Positions 56,686 through 64,000 of a stretch of 64,000 nucleotides of DNA are shown piece after piece. Source of the DNA: Treponema sp. (GTDB lineage: Bacteria; Spirochaetota; Spirochaetia; Treponematales; Treponemataceae); the NCBI GenBank assembly GCA_017940255.1, contig JAGAZB010000009.1, positions 113,167 to 177,166 on the forward strand, read 5' to 3'. The stretch's first letter is position 1. Each line of letters begins with the position of its first letter. The notes under the pieces were generated by a model that was not told where the DNA came from, did not search any database, and saw only the letters and a program-made list of their open reading frames with translations. The position numbers and the translations under genes are program-made.

Positions 56686-57641
56686 AAGTTTTAGTAATTG
56701 GTGGAGCCGGATATATCGGAAGCCATGTTGTTAAAGAAATGATGAAGGCAGGACATGAGGTTACTGTTTTTGATAACCTTTCTAGTGGACTTCGCTGCAA
56801 TCTTTTTCCAAAAAATGATTTTATTTACGGAAACATTTTAATTGAACGCGATTTGGATCAGGCATTTGCACGCGGTTTTGACGCATTTGTTCACCTTGCT
56901 GCATTTAAGGCAGCCGGAGAATCTATGGTTGCTCCAGAAAAGTATTCTATCAATAATATCACCGGAACTCTGAATATTATGAATGCGGCTGTAAAGCATA
57001 ACTGCAAGATTATGATTTTCTCTTCTTCTGCCGCAACTTTTGGTGAGCCACAGTACCTCCCAATGGACGAAAATCATCCTCAGAAGCCTATTAACTACTA
57101 TGGCTTTACAAAGCTCAAGATTGAAGAGTTTATGGACTGGTACGACCAGCTTAAAGGCCTTAAGTTTGCAGCTTTGCGTTATTTTAATGCTGCAGGATAT
57201 GATCCTGATGGAGAAATTCGCGGTCTTGAGCAGAAGCCTGAAAATCTTCTTCCTCGTGTAATGGAAGCTGCCCTTGGTCAGCGTGAGCTTAAGGTTTTTG
57301 GAAACGATTATGATACACGAGATGGAACTTGTATCCGTGACTATGTTCACGTTACAGACCTTGCCCGCGCTCATGTTATGTCTTTGGACTATATTGCCAA
57401 GAATAATAAGAGTTTGAAACTGAATCTGGGAACAGAAAAGGGAACTACTGTAAAAGAAATTATCGACGCAGCCCGCAAAATTACCGGTAAGCCAATTCCT
57501 GCAGAAGATGTTCCTCGCCGCCCTGGCGACCCTGCCTGCCTGTACACAACTTCAAAGCTGGCAAAAGAGCTGATTGGCTGGGAGCCAAAGTACAGCGATG
57601 TTGATACCCTGGTTAAGACAACATGGGAAGTGTATAAGTAG
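56682..57641 (+). CDS. galE: UDP-glucose 4-epimerase
   Basis: GGAGYIGSH, FSSSAA, YGFTK, LRYFNAAG, DGTCIRDYVHV motifs. Confidence 0.95.
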   Translation: MKVLVIGGAGYIGSHVVKEMMKAGHEVTVFDNLSSGLRCNLFPKNDFIYGNILIERDLDQAFARGFDAFVHLAAFKAAGESMVAPEKYSINNITGTLNIMNAAVKHNCKIMIFSSSAATFGEPQYLPMDENHPQKPINYYGFTKLKIEEFMDWYDQLKGLKFAALRYFNAAGYDPDGEIRGLEQKPENLLPRVMEAALGQRELKVFGNDYDTRDGTCIRDYVHVTDLARAHVMSLDYIAKNNKSLKLNLGTEKGTTVKEIIDAARKITGKPIPAEDVPRRPGDPACLYTTSKLAKELIGWEPKYSDVDTLVKTTWEVYK

Positions 57642-57663
57642 TTTGTAAAAAAGGAAATAGCAC

Positions 57664-57702
57664 AAAAAAAGACTGTTTTGCGATGCAAAACAGTCTTTTT
57701 TT
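57664..57702. terminator. Bidirectional terminator after galE
   Basis: AAAAAAAGACTGTTTTGC/GCAAAACAGTCTTTTTTT perfect stem. Confidence 0.85.
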
Positions 57703-57794
57703 ATGGGTTTGGTTTGGGCCATACGTCGCTTCGCGTCGTTTGGCTATAGGAAATTATAAAAATAAACCCCATTCTGCTTTCGCAAAATGGGGTT

Positions 57795-57867
57795 TGGGCC
57801 ATCTTGGATTTGAACCAAGGACCAAAGGATTATGAGTCCTCTGCTCTAACCGCTGAGCTAATGGCCC
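57795..57867 (-). tRNA. tRNA with CAT anticodon (probably Ile2)
   Basis: GGGCCAT/ATGGCCC acceptor; GAGGA-CTCATAA-TCCTT anticodon arm; GTTCAAATC T-loop; lacks initiator features. Confidence 0.92.
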
Positions 57868-57971
57868 GATAATGAAAATAATTTTATCAGAAATGGGAGC
57901 CCTTAGTCAAGATGTCTTGCCGGCCGCCCCTTCTGGCCTCTCTTGCCATCACTCAGCGTTTTTTTTTAAGC

Positions 57972-58946
57972 TTACGCTCTGTCCATTCCGTCCATTGTAA
58001 TAATTCCGCCCTTGTCGTTGAATTTGAGCTCGCGGAATTTAACGTTGCGTTTCTGGTTTACACCGTTTGAGCGCTCACAGTCATGGTAGAAGAGATACCA
58101 TTTTCCATTGTATTCAAGAATTGAGTGGTGAGTTGTCCATCCCAAAACTGGAGTAAGGATAACTCCGCCATAAGTGTAAGGACCGTACACATTCTTACTT
58201 GTTGCATAACAAAGCAGGTGAGTTGTACCAGTAGAATATGTAAAATAGTATGTATCGCCTTTCTTAAAGAGCCATGGATCTTCAAAGTAGCGGCGTTCTT
58301 CATCACCACCAGTAAGAGGTTTGCCCTTTTCATCAACAATAACAAGGTCGCGAACTTCTTCGGCAAGTTCAGTCATGTTGTCTTTCATCAAAGCAATTTT
58401 TGGAGTACAAGCTGGCTCATCACCCTTAGGTTCTTTGTTTTCAGCAGACCATTTGTTATTGCGGTACTGGTCAAGCTGACCGCCCCAGATTCCGCCAAAA
58501 GTAAGGTAGTATTTTCCGTCGGTGTCCGGGAACATACATGGGTCAATAGAATATGTGCCTTCGATATAGTTAGGTTCAGGCTTAAAAGGACCTTCCGGCT
58601 TATCACCAATTGCCATACCTACGCGGAACATTCCATTCTTGTCGCGGGCAGGGAAAACAAAGTAGTATTTTCCATCTTTTTCAACACAGTCTGGAGCCCA
58701 AAGCTGCTTGCTTGCCCATTTTACATCTTCCAGCTTCAAAACACAGCCGCAGTCGCGAGGCAGAGTTTCTGTGTCTTTCATCTCGTAAACATGATAGTCT
58801 TTCATGTTGTACTGGTCGCCGTTGTCGTTGTTTTCAACATCCTCATCTTCGTCGTGTGAAGGATAAATATAGATTTTTCCGTTAAAAACGTGTGCAGAAG
58901 GGTCTGCTGTATACAAATCATTTACCAAAGGTTTCTTTTCAATCAT
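57972..58946 (-). CDS. GH43 beta-xylosidase/arabinofuranosidase
   Basis: YTADPSAHVF, QLWAPD, SIDP, YFEDPW, GWTTHHSI motifs. Confidence 0.93.
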   Translation of the reverse strand: MIEKKPLVNDLYTADPSAHVFNGKIYIYPSHDEDEDVENNDNGDQYNMKDYHVYEMKDTETLPRDCGCVLKLEDVKWASKQLWAPDCVEKDGKYYFVFPARDKNGMFRVGMAIGDKPEGPFKPEPNYIEGTYSIDPCMFPDTDGKYYLTFGGIWGGQLDQYRNNKWSAENKEPKGDEPACTPKIALMKDNMTELAEEVRDLVIVDEKGKPLTGGDEERRYFEDPWLFKKGDTYYFTYSTGTTHLLCYATSKNVYGPYTYGGVILTPVLGWTTHHSILEYNGKWYLFYHDCERSNGVNQKRNVKFRELKFNDKGGIITMDGMDRA

Positions 58947-59040
58947 AATATTCCTCTTTCGATTATCTCGTTGAGTTTATTTTCTATGATAAAGATGTTT
59001 TTGTAAATCGGGTGTTTTCCCTAATTTATTTTGATTTAAA

Positions 59041-59130
59041 GGAGGGGAAAGCCTTCCCCTCGCTCCAGCCCGCTTCGCGGTCTTTCGCTACCCCTTCTCC
59101 TAAGGGGGCAAGCCCCCTTAAAATCCCCCG
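59041..59130. repeat. GC-rich multi-hairpin intergenic element (REP/MITE-like)
   Basis: GAGGGGAA/TTCCCCTC and TAAGGGGGC-AA-GCCCCCTTA hairpins in an AT-rich spacer. Confidence 0.5.
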
Positions 59131-59186
59131 AAAAGAAGTAAAGCTAAAAAACGCTTTCGCGTTTTTCTTAACGCTTTGCTATAAAA

Positions 59187-59213
59187 CACCGGCCGCCTAC
59201 CGGGCGGCCTTAC
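59187..59213. repeat. 27-nt GC-rich palindromic repeat, copy 2
   Basis: Identical to 52533-52559. Confidence 0.8.
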
Positions 59214-60124
59214 ACACCCCCTGGCACTTCCAGCTCTGCATTGCGAGCCGCACACCAGGTTCCTTTTTTTAGTGCCGCAATCATATCGCCGCTTCGAACA
59301 TATTCATAGATAAAACCGGCGTTAAAACTGTCGCCGCAGGCGGTCGTATTTACGGCTTTTACTATTTCTGTAGGGCATTCAAATAATTCGCCTTTACGGG
59401 CCGCAAAGGTGGAATCCTTACCGCGGGTAATTACAAAAATATTTTTGTATTCAGCACTTTTTTTAGAGATTTCAGATTTAAGCTCTTCTTCTGCAGCAGG
59501 ATAGTTCAGCCCAAAAGTGCGGCAGAATTCTTCATCATTAATTTTGATAATATCCGGCACTGCAGTTTTTAAAGTCAGCTCCAAATCTTTACCAATAAAG
59601 TCTGCAAGGAAAATTTTACCATTGTCTTTTGTAATTCCAGAAATTGTTGCGTATAAATCTTCAGACCAGATAGCCGGACGGCTGCCTGCAAGTAAAACGG
59701 CGTCTACCTGGGGAAGTGCATCTGTAATAAACTTTAAAAGCTTGTTTTCAGCCTTTGTAATTTCACTCGCCGCATTTTCTGGAAGGGCTGGCTCGCTTAC
59801 AACCAGCTCTGTTGTAGTGCCGGCAACCTTATCCAAAAGTGTCCAGCATTCTCGGGTTGCGCCTGGAATTGTAACATAAGCCAGTTCCAAATCATCTTTT
59901 TTTGCAAGATTAAGAAAGAGTTCTTGATTTTCAGCTCCGAGCGGGCAGACACTTGTAACGCAGCCTTTTTCCAGCTGAGTAAGCACACGGGCGCTGTTTA
60001 TTGCTTTTCCCGAAGCATCCTGACGGTACTTTTCCGAGCGGTTTACCTGAGTTAATGTAAGATTAGAAAAAGTTATAGTTCTCTGAATTGTAGAACTAAG
60101 GCAAATGCAAAGTATTTTATTCAT
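59210..60124 (-). CDS. PfkB-family sugar-phosphate kinase (1-phosphofructokinase-like)
   Basis: SGKAINSARVL; IKINDEE; NTTACGDSFNAGF. Confidence 0.88.
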   Translation of the reverse strand: MNKILCICLSSTIQRTITFSNLTLTQVNRSEKYRQDASGKAINSARVLTQLEKGCVTSVCPLGAENQELFLNLAKKDDLELAYVTIPGATRECWTLLDKVAGTTTELVVSEPALPENAASEITKAENKLLKFITDALPQVDAVLLAGSRPAIWSEDLYATISGITKDNGKIFLADFIGKDLELTLKTAVPDIIKINDEEFCRTFGLNYPAAEEELKSEISKKSAEYKNIFVITRGKDSTFAARKGELFECPTEIVKAVNTTACGDSFNAGFIYEYVRSGDMIAALKKGTWCAARNAELEVPGGV

Positions 60125-60812
60125 TTAAAAGTCCTTTCATTTCATAAATAGAATTTAGTCTTAAGGTTTTTCCTGGTTTAAGGCCGGCTGCCTGACCTGC
60201 TGCACGGGCTTTTACCATTGGAACTGCATCTGCAGAAAGGGGCCGGCCGTTTTCCTTACCGATTAGAACAGCGGTTCCTCCCATAGCGGCCCAACCATCG
60301 GTATATTTCTGCATATCATCTAAAAATAAAGTGTCCTGAACACTGCTGCCAGCTTTGCGCAGGGCCGCTTCAAAGGCATCTGGATATGGTTTCCCGAAAA
60401 AGTTCGCATCGCGAATATCAGTTACAGCTATAAACAAATCTGCAATACCAAGCTTTTCAAGAACGCGGTCTGCATGCTCGTGTGGAGCATTTGTTAAAAC
60501 AGACATTGGGAGTGGGAGTGAAAGTAAAAAGTCACGCAAACCAGGCTGAGGAAGCAGTTCATCAGCTTCGTTATCCGGGTGAACGTGTGCCATGAATCCT
60601 TCTACATCAGTCATACCTTCTGAACGCAGCCATTCCAAAGTAGTGGAGTAGTGAATAATCCTTTCCCGTCTTAATTCAATTGCTTTTTCCATATCGCAGC
60701 CAAAAAAATCTGCTACACATTCAAGCATTCGTCTTGTAATTCCGTCATTCATAGCGGAACTTGCAGGGTAAAGGGTGTTGTCCATATCAAAAAGTATGTG
60801 CTTGTATTTCAT
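60117..60812 (-). CDS. HAD hydrolase (pyrimidine 5'-nucleotidase-like)
   Basis: FDMDNTLYP; LTNA; KP; FLDD. Confidence 0.88.
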   Translation of the reverse strand: MKYKHILFDMDNTLYPASSAMNDGITRRMLECVADFFGCDMEKAIELRRERIIHYSTTLEWLRSEGMTDVEGFMAHVHPDNEADELLPQPGLRDFLLSLPLPMSVLTNAPHEHADRVLEKLGIADLFIAVTDIRDANFFGKPYPDAFEAALRKAGSSVQDTLFLDDMQKYTDGWAAMGGTAVLIGKENGRPLSADAVPMVKARAAGQAAGLKPGKTLRLNSIYEMKGLLNE

Positions 60813-60868
60813 GACTGCATTGTATCATTTTTGTGGCGTTTTCGGAATTACTGATGTAAAATTAAAGA

Positions 60869-62818
60869 GTGAATTCTTTTTTGTTTAATCATTTAAGATT
60901 TCAAATTGCTGCCTCATCTTTGTTAATCATCCTTGAAATTATTTACTTTTGCCGGCCAAAAGTAAAACTTTTATCAAATAAGATTTTCTCTGTTCTGATG
61001 ATAAGTGCTGCCTGCTATCTGATTTTTGATATAGCAACGGTTTTTGCACTTGTCTATTATGATTCTTTACCTCTCTGGTTTGTTCGTTTTACTCATCAGG
61101 GTTTTATTCTCTTTCTTGATTTAGCACTTTCCTGTATTTATCTTTATATTGATTTTCTGAATCGCGACCAGAAACGTTATTCCCGCAAAAAACTGGCCTT
61201 TATTATCGGGCTTTATCTTATTTCTTTAGTCAGCATTATTTTTGCACCAATTTATTATTATATAGAAGAAGACGGCATTTATTCCTATGGGCCAATGGTA
61301 AACTTTGTTTATGCCGTAATTATTATTTATTCGGTGATGACCGTTTTCCAATCATTTAAAAATCTTAGGAAATCAAAGCATCGCAAGCAGCAGATTTATG
61401 TTCTTCTTACCATGGCTCTTTGGATAGGTTTTGGTGGTCTTCAGATTTTAATGCCAAAAATCCTTATTTCCAGCGTCGGTGTTTCTTCTATGATTCTGCT
61501 TATGTTCCTTTCTCTTGAAAATCCTCCTGAATATATAGATCGTGACACCCGGGCTTTTAATTATTATGCTCTAAAAAATGTTCTGGCAGAATATAAAGAT
61601 AACAAGAAATCTTTTGCGATTATAAATATACAGCTTGATGAGGCACCTTTGTTCGGAAATTACATGGAAAATGATATTATTGCCGAACTGCTGATTAATG
61701 TAAGGCTTTATGTGGAACACTCGCTGCGAATGGAATGTTACCGCATGAATCGTAATTCAATCGCTTTTATACTTGATTCTAATCATGTTCAGAAATTAGA
61801 AGCTTATCTTAATCTTCTGGAATATCGTTTTCTTCAATCATGGAATTTCAGGCAGACTAATATTACTATGAACGCTCATGCGAATGTGCTTTTGTGTCCA
61901 AAAGATTTTCCATTTGACGGAAGTATTTCTGAATTGATTGACTTTGTGGAAGATTCTTCAACTTATACAAAATCAAGTGGTTTTGTCTGGAGAATTGATG
62001 AAGACGCAAGACGAAACAGGGAGAGAAGACTTTCTATCATTAATATTGTTTCTAAGGCAATTAAAAATGATGGAATTGAAATGTACTATCAGCCGATTTA
62101 CAATCTGCAGACTAAAAAATTCACAAATGCCGAAGCTCTTGTTCGCTTAAAAGATAACAAAACTCTGGGCTTTATTTCTCCGGAAGAATTTATTCCTATC
62201 GCAGAAAAGAACGGCTATATTATGCAGCTTAGTAATCTGATTTTTGAGCAGGTTTTTAGTTTTATGGCTGCCAGCAAACTGGAAGAAAAAGGGCTTTCTC
62301 ATATTGAAGTAAATCTTTCCGGTTTACAGTCTGTTGATTCAGATTTGCCGCGACTTATGAAGGCTCTTCTTACTAAATATCAGATTTCACCGGAAGCTGT
62401 TAATCTTGAAATTACGGAATCTATTGCAATTACTTCGGGTTATATGCTTAAAAAGAATATGGATGAACTGCGTAAATTTGGCTGTTCTTTTGCGATGGAT
62501 GACTTTGGGACCGGCTATTCTAATCTTTCACGCATGACAAAGGGTGAATTTGAGCTGATTAAGATAGACAAGAGCCTTTTATGGCCATGTTTTAAGAATG
62601 ATGACAGGGAAAGCGTAAAAAATGCAAAGATTCTTCTTGAAAATATGATTTCCATGCTCTTAAAAATGGGGCGCAAAATTGTGGTCGAAGGAATTGAAAC
62701 AAAGGAACAGTACGATTATCTTGCTTCGCAGGGAATTACTTATGCTCAGGGCTTTTATTTTAGTAAGCCAGTTCCAAAAGATGAATTCCTTAAGTTTATT
62801 CAAGAGAAGAACAAATAA
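60869..62818 (+). CDS. Membrane-bound EAL-domain phosphodiesterase with degenerate GGDEF region
   Basis: Multiple TM helices; YQPIY, EALVRL, LEITES, MDDFGTGYS, EGIET, QGFYFSKP. Confidence 0.92.
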   Translation: MNSFLFNHLRFQIAASSLLIILEIIYFCRPKVKLLSNKIFSVLMISAACYLIFDIATVFALVYYDSLPLWFVRFTHQGFILFLDLALSCIYLYIDFLNRDQKRYSRKKLAFIIGLYLISLVSIIFAPIYYYIEEDGIYSYGPMVNFVYAVIIIYSVMTVFQSFKNLRKSKHRKQQIYVLLTMALWIGFGGLQILMPKILISSVGVSSMILLMFLSLENPPEYIDRDTRAFNYYALKNVLAEYKDNKKSFAIINIQLDEAPLFGNYMENDIIAELLINVRLYVEHSLRMECYRMNRNSIAFILDSNHVQKLEAYLNLLEYRFLQSWNFRQTNITMNAHANVLLCPKDFPFDGSISELIDFVEDSSTYTKSSGFVWRIDEDARRNRERRLSIINIVSKAIKNDGIEMYYQPIYNLQTKKFTNAEALVRLKDNKTLGFISPEEFIPIAEKNGYIMQLSNLIFEQVFSFMAASKLEEKGLSHIEVNLSGLQSVDSDLPRLMKALLTKYQISPEAVNLEITESIAITSGYMLKKNMDELRKFGCSFAMDDFGTGYSNLSRMTKGEFELIKIDKSLLWPCFKNDDRESVKNAKILLENMISMLLKMGRKIVVEGIETKEQYDYLASQGITYAQGFYFSKPVPKDEFLKFIQEKNK

Positions 62819-62821
62819 AAA

Positions 62822-63604
62822 TTAGTCGACTTTTGTGATGCCAGAGTTTTTACTGGCAAGGCCTGCCATTTTGCTAAAGGTTTTCTCTAAATATTGGGCT
62901 TCCCCTTCCGAAAGACTCGCCCGGCTTAAAATGCTGCGCCAGAAGTTTTCCATATCTTCGCGGCCTGGCATTTTGAAAAAGCCTATTTTCTGCATGTTGT
63001 CTGTTATGTTTGCAACTGTTTTGTCTATGCGTTCGAGTGTGAGTGGGGTATAGCCGCGGTACTGGCCTTTTTTCTGCTCCAAGGCGCGGCGGAAAAGGTG
63101 GTAACACATAATCTGAACGGCGTGGCTTAGATTCAGGGAGCCAAAATCATCTGAAGAAGGTATTGTAACTCCCAGGTTGCATTCATCTAGTTCGGGATCG
63201 GTAAGGCCTGTGCGCTCGTTTCCAAAAATTACGGCTACTTTGCCGCCGTTACCAGCCTTGTCATTTGTAGCTCCTGTGGATGCGTCTGTTATCTCATCTG
63301 CCATTTCTGCAAATTCTTCCGGCAAAAGTAGTTTTCCTCGTTTTTTTCCGCGTCGCCGTGTGGTTCCTGCGCAGATGGCGCAATCAGAAGTTGCTTCTGT
63401 AATTGAATTGTAAAATTTCGCCTTGTCAAAAATAGGGCCTGCATGAATTGCCAGAACGTGAATGTGTTCAATATCATAATCAGCCTTGTTGCCCACAATT
63501 CTCAGTTCGCTTATATCATTATTTGCCATGGCGCGGCAGGCTGCCCCAATATTTCTAGATTCGTCCGGGTGTGAAAGTACAATTACAATATTTGAAAGGT
63601 TCAT
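62822..63604 (-). CDS. TrmJ/TrmH-family RNA methyltransferase
   Basis: NIGAACRAM; FGNERTGL; SLNLSHAV. Confidence 0.9.
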   Translation of the reverse strand: MNLSNIVIVLSHPDESRNIGAACRAMANNDISELRIVGNKADYDIEHIHVLAIHAGPIFDKAKFYNSITEATSDCAICAGTTRRRGKKRGKLLLPEEFAEMADEITDASTGATNDKAGNGGKVAVIFGNERTGLTDPELDECNLGVTIPSSDDFGSLNLSHAVQIMCYHLFRRALEQKKGQYRGYTPLTLERIDKTVANITDNMQKIGFFKMPGREDMENFWRSILSRASLSEGEAQYLEKTFSKMAGLASKNSGITKVD

Positions 63605-63655
63605 AACGGAGATTATAGAAAAAAAAACGCTCCGTGGCAAATGTATTTAATACTC

Positions 63656-63686
63656 TTGACAAAGGTATAGTGGGGGGGGGTATTAT
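63656..63686 (+). promoter_or_regulatory. Sigma70-type promoter with G9 tract in the spacer
   Basis: TTGACA (63656)-19 nt including G9 (63672-63680)-TATTAT. Confidence 0.7.
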
Positions 63687-63718
63687 AGAATGTACTGTCA
63701 AAAAAAAGGAGAAGTTGT

Positions 63719-64000
63719 ATGTACAAAAAACATCTAGTAAGTTTAATTTTCGGAATAATTTTAATTCTGATAGGAATTAGTATTATTCCAATTGGAATTT
63801 ATTGTTCAAAATATGTTATTGATAAATTTCCAGAAATTAGTTTTATATTAGAAACATCGGATAGTGAAAAACAGAATATTTCTGAAGATCAGGGATTATT
63901 ACAAACTATTGTTTCAAAACTAGGGTTGGATAAGTTGGTTGATAAAATGGATGACATTATCCAGGATCAAAAGAAAATGAGAGAGGGATATAATCAAAGC
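63719..64000 (+). CDS. Membrane-anchored hypothetical protein, 3'-truncated by the window
   Basis: AAGGAG RBS; ATG 63719; hydrophobic N-terminus; open to the window end. Confidence 0.6.
   Translation, partial: MYKKHLVSLIFGIILILIGISIIPIGIYCSKYVIDKFPEISFILETSDSEKQNISEDQGLLQTIVSKLGLDKLVDKMDDIIQDQKKMREGYNQS

Noticed and set aside
58125-58859. 244-aa antisense ORF and other long antisense ORFs over tkt, prs, the tape measure gene and galE
   Set aside because: These are codon-bias shadows of well-supported genes, with no motifs or RBS.

Overview
This is a spirochaete-like chromosomal window, most likely a gut or rumen Treponema judging from gene content (inferred, not searched). It carries a complete 36,601-bp transposable Mu-like siphoprophage at 9614-46214, with TGT...ACA ends and a 5-bp TTCAT target duplication. 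The insertion splits a host HATPase/cNMP-binding gene at codon 8. Where Mu has its invertible tail-fibre/gin module, this prophage has a complete diversity-generating retroelement (DGR): target gene with VR, two hairpins, Avd, TR and RT, with every TR/VR mismatch at a TR adenine. A D12-class adenine methylase sits in the mom position. The late genes are split into two divergent arms around a central repressor/transposase block. Reading the sequence also shows a six-copy phage promoter motif (TGCC-N5-TTCATC-N19-TANNNT), a probable -1 frameshift fusing portal to a MuF protein with a nuclease tip, and a convergent small-RNA unit behind that nuclease. Further observations are homopolymer tracts in the DGR expression signals, an SVDD-variant RT active site, decayed tRNA copies with palindromic inserts, and a poly-G promoter spacer. 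Flanks are ordinary host genes (tkt, prs, fhs, gltA, galE, GH43, GGDEF/EAL proteins, two tRNAs). All family calls come from motif recognition by eye; no database searches were run.
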